This document shows positions 27,767 to 41,262 of a stretch of DNA of 64,000 nucleotides, piece after piece (the first letter of the stretch is position 1; each line of letters starts with the position of its first letter). The translations under genes and the position numbers were made by a program. Under the pieces are notes generated by a model. It ran no database searches. It was given only the letters and a program-made list of their open reading frames with translations, and had not been told where the DNA came from. Origin of the DNA: the human T2T-CHM13v2.0 reference genome, Homo sapiens; the NCBI RefSeq assembly GCF_009914755.1, contig NC_060936.1. The stretch is one strand, 5' to 3'.

Positions 27767-28467
27767 CAATCTTCCCCCTTTATCTGCAGGGGATAAGTTC
27801 CAAGACCCCCCAGTGGATGCCTGAAACCATGGATAGTATTGAACCTTATACACACTGCTTTTTTCCTATACATACATAGCTACGATAAAGTTTAATTTAT
27901 AAATGACACGAGGTAAGAGATTAACAACAATAACCACTAACAGGACAATTATAACAATGTACTGTTCACAATGTCATGGAAAGACAATTCATTCTTACTG
28001 TAGGTCCTGGCAACCTCATTATGTGATTGTTTTTCTTTCCTCATTAAGTACAGAACTTTCACCTTTTTACTTAAAGGAAGCACTTTATGGCTTTCTTGGA
28101 CATGTGCAAATCGCCGGCACCACTAGCCTTGTGCTTCTGGCTGTTCATTAAGTAAAATCAGGGTTCCTTAAACACCAGCACTGAAGACACAAGTCCAGCG
28201 ACACCGAGACAGTAAGTCTGATGACCAAGGCAGCTACTAAGTGGCCAGTGGGCAGACCGAGCATACAGCAGGGTACGCTGGGCAGAGAGATGATTCACAT
28301 CGCGGGTGGCACGGTGAGAGAGTTTATCTGCTACTCATAATGGCGTGCAACTTAAAACTTATGACTTGTTTATTTCCGAAATTTTCTATTTAATATTTTT
28401 GGACTGTGATTGACCATGAGTAACTAAAACCTCAGAAAGCAAAACCTCAGATAAGGAGGGGCTCCTG
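27767..28467. mobile_element. MER44 (Tigger7-family) element, about 700 bp
   Basis: cccccttatctgcaggggata.gttccaagacccccagtggatgcctgaaacc at one end, gataaggaggggctcctg followed by TA at the other; the flanking L1 sequence rejoins across it. Confidence 0.8.
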
Positions 28468-28991
28468 TACTACATTTTGTTAAACCATTTGTTATTTGAT
28501 GGACATGTGGGTTGTTCCCAGCTTTTGACTATTATGAATAAAGCTGCCCTGAAGGTTGGTGTCCAGGTTTTTCTGTGCACATATGTTTTGCTTCTTCTTG
28601 GGTATGTAACTAGGAGTGGAGTTGCTGTGTGGTGTGGTGACTCTATGTTTAACCATTTGAGGAACTGCCAAACTGTTCTCCAACGTGGCTGCACCATCTT
28701 CCACTCCCACCAGTGGTGGTGAGGATTCGGATTTCTCCACATCCTCAGAAACACTTGTTATTATCTGACTTTTTCATCATAGGCATTTTAGTGTGTGTAA
28801 AGTGGTGTCTTACTGTGGTTTTGATTTGCATTTCCCTGATGACTAACGGTGCCAATCATTCTTCATGTGCTTATTGTGTATTTAATGAGGCAATGTATAT
28901 ATTTTCCTCGGAGAAATGACTATGCATATCCTTTGCCCATTTTGTAATTGGATTGACTTTTTATTATTGAATCAAAAGAGTTCTATGGTAG

Positions 28992-29291
<300 letters not shown>

Positions 29292-30067
29292 TAATCCTTA
29301 CCTAAGAACTTTTGGCCAAATCAACATCAGTAGTGTTTTCCTCTAAGAGGTTTTATAGTTTTAGCTCTGACAGGTAGGTCTTTGATCCACTTTGAGTTGG
29401 CTTTTGGGTATGGTGGGTGGTTGAGTCCAGCTACATTCTATGGCATGTGGAAATCCAGTGGTCCCAGCACCGTATGTTGAAAGAACAATTCTTACCCCAT
29501 TGAGTGGTCTTGACACCGTTATGGGAAATCAATTGGCCCCAGATATATGATTTTATTTCTGGAGTCTCAATTTTATTCCATTAATCTTGATGTCTATCCT
29601 TGTGCCAGCACCACCCTGTCTTGATTACCACTGCTTTACGGTAAGTTTTGAAAGCAAGAGCTGTGGGCTGTTCTACTTCCTTCTCCTTTTTCAAGGTAAT
29701 TATCACTATTCGGCATCCCTTGAAATCCTGAATGAATTTTAGAATCAGTTTGTCAGTTTCTACAGAGAAGTCAGCTGGGATAATGATAGGGATTGTGAGG
29801 AATGTGTAGATCAATTTAGGGAGTGTTGCCATCCTAATATTAGGTCGTCTGATTCAATAATATGAGATGCTTTTTCACTTGTCTAGTTCTTAAGTTTTTC
29901 TAAACAATGTTCTGTAGTCTTCAAAGTATATGTTTTATACTTGTTTGTTGTTAAATTTATGTCTTGATTATTTTATTCTTTTTGATGCTATTATAAATGG
30001 AATTATTTTCTTAAACTCATTTTTTATTTTGTATTCCAAGTGTATAGAAAGGCAATTGATTTTGTAA

Positions 30068-30453
<386 letters not shown>

Positions 30454-30696
30454 TAATCTTTAGCTCAAATTGTACCAACTAATTTTAAATTTCATCTCTT
30501 ATAGTGGGGAATATAGGGATTGTAATGGCCTAATGGTAAAGATTTTGCTTGACTCAAAAGCATTCTCGGGGTTAGAAACACTTCTCTTCACTGCGTAATC
30601 CCCATGCAAATAGAACAAGGCTGTTTATGTGGACACCATCAGTAACCACTTCTCATGTGGCTAAGGTCAATCAATTGCTAAAATTTCAACTGCCAG

Positions 30697-31207
30697 CATT
30701 ACAGGAAAGGGGTCCCGACCCAGACCCCAAGAGAGGGTTCTTGGATCTCACACAAGAAAGAATTCAGGACGAGTCTGCAGTGCAAAGCAAAAGCAAGTTT
30801 ATTAAGAAAGCGGGGAAAGTACAGCTACTCCATAGACAGAGTAGGGCGTTCCTAAAAATAAGAGGAGGAAGGCGTCCACCCTAGGTCCAATGCTTGTATA
30901 TATGGGGAGATGTGTTCTGCTACAAGGGTTTGTGATAAAGGATTAATTTTCTTAATTACTACATTTTGCAAGAATTGATATTATCTTTAAAGCAAAATTA
31001 GGAATGCCTTTGTTCTGCAGATATCGGGATATCTGCACACTTCTAAGTCTGGGTCTGTTTAGTAAAGATTATTAATTTGTTCCCTTAACCGTAAATATCT
31101 AGAAGCCAGGAATGCCTAACTTTCTGGGAACACAGCGCAGTAAGTCCCAACCTCATTTTCCAGCCCTCACTCAAGATGGAGTTGCTCTGGTTCGAACACC
31201 TCTGACA
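30697..31207 (-). mobile_element. ERV1 solo LTR, MER41-related (LTR15-like)
   Basis: ttacaggaaaggggtcccga..cagaccccaagagagggttcttggatc...caagatggagttgctctggttcgaacacctctgaca; 4-bp TSD ccag/tcag. Confidence 0.8.
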
Positions 31208-31234
31208 TCAGGGTAGAACAGACTGCCTCGAGAC

Positions 31235-31570
31235 AAATCACATGTTTACAGGGTCCAGGTAATTACACATAATGAATCACGCAGGTTGGACAGAGAAAAA
31301 AGGGCGATGCTACCAGACAGAACAAAGTGACCACAGGGAGTGGTGGAGACTGCAGTAAGCCGGAGGGCACATGTCCTTTCCAGAGGGCGGCACTGCCCCT
31401 CAGCTCCAGCCCATCATCCTGATGTGGCCCAGGGGTGGCTCACTGCTCCACTATTCAAATGAACCTATAAATCTATCTTTGTCTCAAATGTTAATGTTAG
31501 CAATGAATAAAAAATGGGTAGGCCGAATAATGAAGACCCATGGATTAGATGTAGCCTGTGGGTCACAGCG
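31235..31570. mobile_element. MER102-like hAT element
   Basis: gggagtggtggagactg...ggagggcacatgtcc...ctcagctccagcc. Confidence 0.45.
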
Positions 31571-31649
31571 TGACTTGGCCATGCATTTTCAGCCAGAGGG
31601 CTCAGGTCTCCCATGAGGAGAGCTTCTTGGAACCGCCCAATGCGTTCTT

Positions 31650-32199
31650 CTAGTTTGGGGAAAGGGGTGGGGGTGGCTTTGGGGCAATGTGTGCTTGCTG
31701 CCTATTGGTTGGGGTACAATCATAGGAGCATGGGAAATGATCTTCTTGCTTACTAACTCGATTCTGGGTGGGGCCACAGGAGCAGTTGGCAGGACCAGAT
31801 GGAGCCGTCAGTCATCAGACATGCAAAAAACCTGAAAAGATATCTGAAAAGGCCAATCTTACATCCTACAATAGTAATGTTATCTGCAGGAGTAATTGGG
31901 GAGTTGCATGTCTTGTGACCTCTGGAATAATGGCTGGCAATGGTTTATGTCTACACCTTAGAAGAATTCAGCCTGCTCTATCCTCCCAGCCAGGTGGTCT
32001 CTCATTAGCTTTACAAAGGCAGTTGAGTTTGGGGGAAGGACTTATTATCATTTAAACTATAAACTAAATGTTTCCCAACATTCGCTTGGCTTAAGCCCAG
32101 GAATAATTGAAGGCTAAAGGCAAAATGGAGGTTAACTAGATCAGATCTCCCCCACTGCCACAATTTTCTCACTGATATAATTTTTGCAAAGCGATTTCA
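31650..32199 (-). mobile_element. LTR8/LTR8A solo LTR (one end uncertain)
   Basis: Reverse complement starts tgaaatcgctttgcaaaaattatatcagtgagaaaatt...gagatctgatcta, matching the recalled LTR8 5' end. Confidence 0.8.
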
Positions 32200-32384
32200 T
32201 TCTTGTCCCCCCAGGGGGCTCGCTGCCTCAGTGCAATCAGAGTGAGGCTGGGGCAGACAGAATATTCCTCTATGGAGCCGTTCTTCAAGAAAAAGACTAC
32301 GTGGTCAAGGTGCAGAACTGGAATCCCAAAGCTCCAGCCTCACTTCGTGAAAAGCCAAGAGGAACTACTACATGTCACCCATTG

Positions 32385-33008
32385 TGTTACCAGAAAGGGG
32401 TCCCAATCTAGACCCCAAGAGAGGGTTCTGGATCTCATGCAAGAAAGGATTCGAGGTGAACCCATAAAGTGAAAGCAAGCTTATGAAGAAAGTAAAGGAA
32501 TGAAAGAATGGCTACTCCACAGGCAGAGTAGCCCTGAGGGCTGCTGGTTGACTATTTCTACAGTTATTTCTTGATTATATGCTAAACAAGGGGTGAATTA
32601 TTCATGAGCTTTCTGGGAAAGGGGTAGGCAATTCCTGGAAGGTTCCTCTGCCTTTTCAGACGATATAGGGTAACCTCCTGACATTGCCATGGCATTTGCA
32701 AACTGTCGGGGTGCTGGTGGGAGTGTCTTTTAGTAGTGAATGCATTATAATTAGCATATAACAAGCAGTGAGGATGACCAGAGGTCACTTTGGTCGCCAT
32801 CTTGGATTTGGCAGGTTTTGGCTGGCTTCTTTACTGCAACCTGTTTTATTAGCAAGGCCTTTGTGACCTGTAACTTATGCCTGACCTTCTATCCCATCCT
32901 GTGACTTAGAATGCCTAACCTCCTGGGAATGCAGCCCAGCAGGACTCAGCCTTATTTCACCCAGCCCCTACTCAAAATGCAGTCACTCTGGTTCAAACGC
33001 CTCTGACA
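32385..33008 (-). mobile_element. MER41B solo LTR
   Basis: 624 bp, tgttaccagaaaggggtccc...ctctggttcaaacgcctctgaca; includes the GAS-bearing segment; TSD attg/actg. Confidence 0.88.
32611..32640. promoter_or_regulatory. Tandem GAS (STAT) motifs in MER41B
   Basis: TTCTGGGAA at 32611-32619 and TTCCTGGAA at 32632-32640, both fitting TTCN3GAA; activity not shown. Confidence 0.6.
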
Positions 33009-34524
33009 ACTGGTTTCACAGATGAGACTGTACCAGGGCCCTCTGGCTGGCAGGATGTGCCCAGCCTGACCCTGTCCAAGCAAAGGGCTTTGGGGTTCAA
33101 GAGCGTGAAGCAGAGAGTTAAGCGAATCTCCCAGAAATGACAGAGCCATTCTCCAGCAGAACCCAGCCTGGTGAGCCTTGATGAGGACCCTGAATTAAAC
33201 AGAGCAGGAACCTAGTTTATCAACTCCTCAGGTTTTCTAGGAATTCCGAAGCCCAAACACGGCCAGGGGTGGGAGGGAGATCTGGTGACAAATCAGGCTA
33301 AAATTCTGCTCCGTCCACCTGCAGCTGAACCTAGGGAGGACTGGAGGCCTGGCCGTGGGGAGACTCAGCCTCTGGCTGTACTTGTGGACCCCTCCAAATC
33401 CTCACCTCGGGTCCAGGGGGAAGGCAGAAGGGAGGCAGGGCAACGCAGAAGGTTCTGCACAGCCATGCTCTGCCGCCTTCCCTGTCCTCCTCTCCCCTCC
33501 CCTCGTGACCAGACCCTCTTTGCAATCAGGGAGGGTATGTCAGCTTGGGGCTGCCCTTCCGTTTGAAGTTGGCATTTCAGTGGTCGGTTTTGCTCTTTTT
33601 TGCTTCCTGTTTACAGAAGTTCTTCCCACCTACCTCTTCTCTCAGCAACATGGAGCCCTCCAGGAAATCTCCAAGAGGCCTCTGTGAAAACATCTCACTT
33701 AGATGTTCATGTTTTTCCCCGTCCCAGATGTGCCTCTGTATCACCCTGAAGGCTTCTCTTGCTACATCTGGGGAGGGGCAGTGGCAGCACCGGGGCCCAG
33801 GGACCATCAGGGAGGTGAGACCAGGGTAGACAGGCCCGAGAGCCTGCAGGGTGGCCACGGCCCTGATGGGCAGGAGCTCCCTGGTGTCCATACAGGCTGG
33901 AGCAGGCCATAGCCAGGGCTGTGACCACTGCGGTCCCTGTTCTCAGCTGTAGGACTGTCACCACCCTCCAGGGTGTCCCAGATAGCAGGGACAGCTGCAC
34001 CCAGCCCACACTCCCTGCCCACCAAACACAGTGCCCAGCACAGGGTGGACATTCCGTGAGTCTCTTAAGTGAATGAAGCCACGGCCTTAAGGAATAACTG
34101 TTCTGCTTTGCACTATTTCAAAGGGATGCCAACTCGGCGGGCTGAACTGAGATGGAGCCACTGCAGATGGTGACAGAAGCCACAGCAGGGACAAGACAGC
34201 AGTGCCCTCAGGCTGGAGGCGGACACCCCCCACCAGCTCCACCCACCATGGTGGCTGTTGGCTCCAAAGCACAGGGTTGGTCTCTCAAGTTCAGACCTCT
34301 AGACCTCTGACCCTGGGCTCCAGGAGCCCAGAGCTCCCCAGGCAAGGTCCCCAGAGCACCCACTCCTGAAGCCTGTTCGGACACAGGCCAACGCTCAGTC
34401 AACATGTCGCATTCTTGCTTATTTTCAGCAGCTGTTCCTACAGCAAAAACCCAGACCTGCTGAACCTCAGGTCTACAGCAATGCCGTCTACACCCTGCAC
34501 CAAAACTCAGCCTCGGCCAGAGAT

Positions 34525-34768
34525 CTAGTGCAGCGGTTCTGAGTGTGGCATCAACCATCAGCGTCAGCATCACCTGGGAACCTGCTGCCTCACACTCCTG
34601 GGTCAGCAGTTCCCAACCCTGCTGCAGGTTAGACTCACCTGGGAAGAGTTTTAAATCCCTGAGGCACAGGCCCCATCTGATACCAATTATAGCCCAGGTC
34701 TGTGTGGGAAGCAGATGTCAGTAATTGGGAAAGGCCCCCAGGTGATCAGGGCAGTTTGGGAGCTGCTG
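34525..34768. mobile_element. MER5-family hAT MITE fragments
   Basis: cagcggttct...cagcatcacctgggaac and cagcagttcccaaccctg...tcacctgggaagag...ccaggtgat...gggagctgctg. Confidence 0.6.
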
Positions 34769-35849
34769 ATCAGTGGTGCTGCTGCTGTGTGGGCAGCACC
34801 CACCGCGCCTTCGGCCTCAGGCCTCCCATCTGCGGATGGCAGCTCAGCCCTCGCTCACCAAGGTGTGGGCACATGATGGAGCGTGCCAGGCTGCGGGCAA
34901 GCGGAGCAGGGGCCCAGCCTGCCAATTCTTGCAGAAGCCGAGTAAGGCCGACCAAGGCAGCCGTTCTGGAGCCAGCAGGGCTGCACTCAAAGACTGGATA
35001 GCTTGAGGGTTTTTCTCAGCCTCTGTGATTCACAGCCGACCGTGAATCACTCCTGGGTTACAGGAATCACGCTCCCTCTGTGAGAAGGACAATCCCTGGC
35101 TGTCTGAGTTTGGGGTGGGGGAAGCCTAGACTCCGCAGCCTGCGCCTCCCCTTTCAGTGGAAGCTCATTCCCCGCCCCACCCCCCCCCACATACACACAC
35201 ACAGGCCCTGGCATCCTCCCCTGGACCCAGCGTGTGCAGGAGGCAGGGCCTCAGCCTGACCCAGGGGGGCTGCAACATCGTCCTGGACCCCATCAGGAGT
35301 GGGACAGCTGTTGCCACGATACCTGTGTCAGCTCCCCTGGAGGGGACCGGCGTGCTGTGGGGCTCAGAGACAAAGCAGAGAGGCCGAGGCCGGGTGGAGC
35401 TGCCTGTGTGGAGTGCTGGCTCGGGCCGTGGCAGCGAGTTCAAACTTCCTTGGGGCTAGACTTCCCTCTCCATGGGCATCGTGGCTGTCACGGGAAAGGT
35501 GGGCGCTATGTGGCCAGGACCAGGGAGACAGAAGTGTCCCCTTCCAGGTTCATGAACTCCCCAGGAGAGGGGAGAGGGCAGTCACAGGGGAGCCCGCCAG
35601 CATCCCTGAGGATATAGGAGGACTTTGAGGAAATGGGGCCCCCTGGCCCTCGGGAGAACAGCCACAGTCTCTGGTTCTCTTTTCTGGTTTTTGTCAAACC
35701 ATCTCAGTTTGGGTCCTGAAGTTAGCCCATGAGGTGGGCATCGTGTACGGCCAAGAGGACCTTGAAGACCTGGATCTCCCACAAGTAGGAGCATCCAAGA
35801 ATCCTTCCTGTAGCCTGGAGATTCCTGCACAGCAGCCTCAACAGCAATA

Positions 35850-35987
35850 GGCAGGCTGCAAGCGGGGCCAAAAGGAACCTGCCCCAGGACGCCTGGGCAG
35901 GCTGCGAGCGGGGCCAACAGGAACCTGCCCCAGGACGCCTGGGCAGGCTGCGAGCACGGCCAACAGGAACCTGCCCCAGGACGCCTG
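35850..35987. repeat. Minisatellite, 3 x 46 bp
   Basis: ggcaggctgcragcggggccaamaggaacctgccccaggacgcctg at 35850, 35896 and 35942. Confidence 0.95.
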
Positions 35988-37769
35988 GTCCTCCACCCGC
36001 TGTGCTTTACCACGGCTGACCTGCCCACAGAGCAGAGCGGTCAGTGACAATCTAGGAGATGCTGCTGGACCTCGTGACCTCAAGTCAGTGCCAGCAGCTA
36101 CAGGGCAGTTTCACAGTTAACCACGGCACGGCCTTTCCTCAGGCGGGCAGGGGCAAAGCCAGGGACCTTTGAGCCCTGGGGTTGAAAGGAGCAAGCCCCA
36201 TGAATAGCTCCATCAGAGGACATAAGATGGGTTGTCTCTGACACTATCTGGTTTGATTTTCCAGAACCTTCTGAAGAATTGGCAAAGCCAGCGATGGCGG
36301 CCACATCACTGTCCATCTGGTGGGTGCATCGTGCCCTGCCCTGCTTGACGGTAAGGTCAGAGATTAACATGCAATGAATGAGGCAAATGCAGGAGTCGGC
36401 GGGGGTGGGAGCACTGCGGGCTCCTTCTGCTCATGCAGAGGGCAACTGGGAATGAAGAGCAGGAAGGTCACACTTTCCCACGGGGAGCTGCGCAGGTCAC
36501 GATGCCCTAATCAGTCAGGGGAGCAGAGGCCTGGGTGGCCTCATCTCAGCATGGAGGTGACAACCCCTCAAGGGAGCCAGCAAAAACTAGCAGATGGCTC
36601 CTCAGCTCCTGCACAGATAAGTCTACCCTGGACACCAGGCCGGTGAGTGACCATGACAACACGCCAACGTCGAGATCCAGCAGTCTGTGTCTACACAGAG
36701 AAAGGATCAGATCCCACATGTGCAGGAGGAGGGGCACAGAGTGATTCCTGAGCGCGGCTGGAGACAGGACAGGTGGAGACACCAGCATGTGCCCCAGGAG
36801 GGGTTCGATCAGGACACCTGGGGGTCCCGGTTCAAAGGCATGATCTAAAAGACACGTACATGTGGCTGCATCCAGGCAACCTCGTGTCAGGGAAAAACAA
36901 GCTGCAGAGCTCAGAGGAAAGATTAATAAAGACCCCAATATGCTCAATGTTGTGCATGAATTTAAAATGTACATAAATGGACAAGAAAGTCACACAGCAC
37001 TCACCACGGTCACTGCCTCTCGGAGCAGAGGGGCCACGGGGTTTCTGGCATCCTCTACAATGTCTTACTTGTTGCAATTTTTAATGTGAACATAAATATT
37101 AATAATTATAAATTATGAACAATAGGTGCATGCTTTTGCTGTAGCATCCCTTTCAGCTTTTCTGTTATTAAAATGTCTTTAAAAAGAGAACTCAACATGC
37201 TACTTTGCTTTTAACAAAACCCACCTCTGCTTTTCATCCATAAATTGTTTCTCCAAAGTTGGATGGCTAGTTCAAAAAGAATTTGCTCCCAAATCTTCCA
37301 AGTTTCCAAATAAGTGAATAAAAACAGATCTGTAGCCCACTGAGTTAACCATGGCAATCCCAACAAAGCCACAGGGTCACTCACCCACTTTGCAAATGTC
37401 CAGATGGATGCCTTCCTAAAGGTCACAGCCGAATGGAATATTCTGTGGAAAGAATGGAGGATGTGCCGGGCACTGCAGGGCTCAGCTCTGTGTTCCCCAG
37501 GCTTCGTGGGACAGAGATGAAGCAGACCGGGGCCCCCACCACAGCACCCCAGTCAGCATCTTGCAATCTCCTGGGCCTCTGGGGACAGAGGAACAGAAAG
37601 GCCCTCTCTGATGGGGGCAGCACCAGCAGGGGAGGCACAGCCCAGGTGGATGCTGCTCTGAAGCAGCAGGAGAGGGGAGCTGGGGGAGCGAGTTCAGGCA
37701 CAGGAAGATGCCCAGGTGCTGGGGAGCCCTAACCACACACACAGTGATGGGCCGTCAGGCGGGGTGTGA

Positions 37770-37930
37770 ACTGGAGGCCCCAGATGTGTTGTTTGCCTGT
37801 GTGGTGCTGTAAATGTTAAGAAATTTCACGTAAAACTCAGAAGATCTGCAACACTGGGCCTGTATCCGCATGGACCAAGCCCGGGGAAAGGCGGATGTGG
37901 GCAGGGCTGGAGCTGAGCAGCCGCTGAGGG
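37770..37930. mobile_element. MER102-like fragment
   Basis: cagaagatctgcaacactgggcc...ggctggagctgagcagc. Confidence 0.45.
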
Positions 37931-39013
37931 TCCAGGAGCCTCCCCATCCCTCCACTCCCTGGTCTTTCCTGCTGACAGCACCCTCCCTGGCCCCAGGGTA
38001 GCTGTTTTCAACCCCGCTCGGACCTCGAGAGCCATGCGCGGTCACGTCCAGAGGGAACTTCTCCTGACCCACTCTAGCCCCGATTGTCCTGGAGGCATGT
38101 GCAGGTACAACACAGTCACCCAGGAGGCACCAGGGTCAAAGACACCATGAGCCTCCCGGAAACTCAGGTTTTCTGTCTGTTCATCGTCAATGTGGGACAC
38201 TGGTCTGGTAAGAGACCCACCCTCCAGTGTGAACTGGACTCTAAACTGTGTCCCTCCCTCCAAGGTCCCCAAGTCCCTGTCTCCTCTGCGAAACCTCAGG
38301 AGTCCCGTTTGAGAAGAAAGGGGCCCGCAGACACCTGATTCTCACGCTCGGTTTATGCACAGGTGCCAGCCTGCAAGCCGGAGAGGCACGCAGAGAGGAA
38401 ACTGCATTGCTGTTTCAAAACCCAAAGAAAAGAAAGTACTCTGAATTGCGTGGGGATCTGGAGTTAGGGCAGCTTGCCCCGAAACTGAACAGAAAGTGTT
38501 TTCACATCACCCCCTCGCCCCAGGTAGCACCCAGTCACGCGGCTCTCAGTGGAAAGCGCGGCACACGAAGCCAGGCCGGGACCCACAGCCCAGGTTCTGC
38601 ATTTGGCATTTAGCAGCTGCGATGTCTCCGAGAACCCTGCAGAGACGGAGCCCACAGAGGAGGGTACAGCGTGGACCAGAAGCCACCAGAAGCCGGGCGA
38701 GGCGGCTGAGTTCAGTGCTGTCAGCCAGAGGCTGGGGAGGGAGCACCCTGGTGCCCGCGTCCCCGGTGAGTCTTGAACCCGGCATCTGAGCCTCCACCTC
38801 TCTTTCCTAAATAGGCAGGACCTGCCAGTGCACGCACAAGTTGCCCTCTATGAACCAGCAGCGCTGAGGTCACTGGTGCTGAGGCCATGGGACTCGTGGA
38901 GGTGTTCTGTCCATGGGAGAGAAGCCCTGAGCATCTGGGAGCCATGAGGAGGAATCTCCAGAGACAAACGGGAGAATTAACCAGAGGCCCCGCCCCATTA
39001 TCATAACTCGGCT

Positions 39014-39505
39014 CCACTCACATGGCCCCGCCCTGTTCATTCACATGACCCCACATGACCCCACTCACATGGCCCCTCCCCACTCACATGACCCCACCCC
39101 ACTTACATGACCCCACCCGTCACAGGGCTCCTCTTCATTCACATGACCCCACCCCAGTCACATGACCCCACCCCACTCACATGGCCCCTTCCCACTCACA
39201 AGACCCCACCCCACTCACATGACCCCGCCCCACTCACATGACCCCGCCCCACTCACAAGACCCCACCCCACTCACATGACCCCACCACACTCACATGGCC
39301 CTGCCCTGTTCATTCACATGACCCCACATGACCCCACTCACATGGTCCCTCCCCACTCACATGACCCCAACCGTCACAGGGCTCCTCTTCATTCACATGA
39401 CCCCACCCCACTCACATGACCCCACCCCACTCACATGACCCCGCCCCACTCACATGGCCCCACCCCACTCACAGGGACTCCACACCCTCTTACATGGCCC
39501 TGCCC
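39014..39505. repeat. C-rich VNTR, about 19-bp unit (ctcacatgaccccacccca)
   Basis: About 490 bp of variant units, with an internal higher-order duplication (about 39018-39160 recurs at about 39291-39410). Confidence 0.95.
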
Positions 39506-39819
39506 CTGATGGTGAGAACCACAGTCCCTTCTCAGGCCCACTAACCCCATAACTCTTCTCCACCATCCTAGATGGTGGACTCACCCTTGATTCTCCAGGA
39601 CATCCCCTGCAAAAGCTCCATCGCTACATGGGCAGGGCACGAGAGGCCACCCGACCTATAAGAACACAGCCTGAAGTCACATGTGCTCCACACTCCAATC
39701 AGCTAAGGCTGTGGGTGGGGCCAAGAAGGTTCCGCCCAGGATAGTGCTGTGGGTGGAGCCTTGCAGTGATGGACACGCCCTCATCTCCGTGGCAACCAGC
39801 TTTCCTCCCACCTCTGCTC

Positions 39820-40005
39820 ACTGCGCACCTGGCTCTCCTCTCACCTGGATGATGCAGCAGCCTCCACTCGTCTCCCGCACCGAGTCCCCGCAGAGCAGCA
39901 GGTCAGCTTCTAAAGCGCGTCTCAGACCGCCTCTCCCTACAGAAGCCCCAGGGGCTCCCAGCCTCCGAGTACAACACAAACTCCTACCCACCTGCAAAGC
40001 CGGCG
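39820..40005 (+). mobile_element. L2 fragment, degenerate
   Basis: cacctggatgatgcagcagcctcc...cagagcagc...ttctaaa...caaactcct resembles the L2 3' region. Confidence 0.4.
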
Positions 40006-40870
40006 CCTCGTTTTCCTCCTGAGCTGCGGACACGAGACCCTCCCACTTCAGAAAAGAAAAACGCTGTCGCTGCCCTTCGTCTCTGTCTGTATAAGCGGAC
40101 TCAGCACCAGGCGGTATTCACGGGGGCTGCGGAGCTGCCTGGAGACCCCCGCCCAGCCACAGAAGGCTCTGGAAGGGGGCGGCCTCTGCTGAGGGCCTGG
40201 TTTTGCTGTCACCCCCTAGAATGCTGGAGTCTCGCCTCCTACAGGTCGCGAGCCCGTGGTCACCCCACTCGGGTGTGACAGGTCCCCCAATGCTAAGCAG
40301 AGATGTGGCCCAGAAGGGCTCCAAGGACCCAGGGGGTGCCCAGGGAGTCTCTTCCCAGAGGGAGCATTTTCTCTCTGGGACAGGATGTTCATCTTCAGAA
40401 CAGACCTGCACACGGACAGGCCTTTGCTTGTGGCTTCATCTCTGTGGAAATAGAAACCTCCGCATTGGATCGTCGTGGATGAGTGACACTCTCAATTGTC
40501 TGCAAATCTGTACACAGCAGGAGGTCCATGATTGCCCTGGTTAAGAATTCCAGCAATTAAACTGCAAAGGCAACCTTCATGCATTAATATGTGTGGTAAA
40601 AATTCACAATAACAGTTTAGAAAATATTTGGCAACTGTCAACCCACTTAAAATATTTTCACATTATTGCCTTTGCAGGGCACAATGCTGAGTACAAAATG
40701 CGATACTAGAAGCACTTCTGGGATAGCAGAGTAAAGGCTTCCAAAATTCTCTCCCTCCATAAAAGCAATCAGAATACTGGAATAAATGTCAAAAGGACTG
40801 TTTCAGACCTCCGAAAACTAGCTAAAGGCTTGCAATAATCTGAAGAGCATTTATTCAAAATAATAATAAT

Positions 40871-41262
<392 letters not shown>

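Noticed and set aside
30697-33008. One provirus bounded by two MER41-like LTRs
   Set aside because: The LTRs differ internally, each has its own TSD, and the sequence between them is MER102/LTR8-like rather than gag-pol-env.
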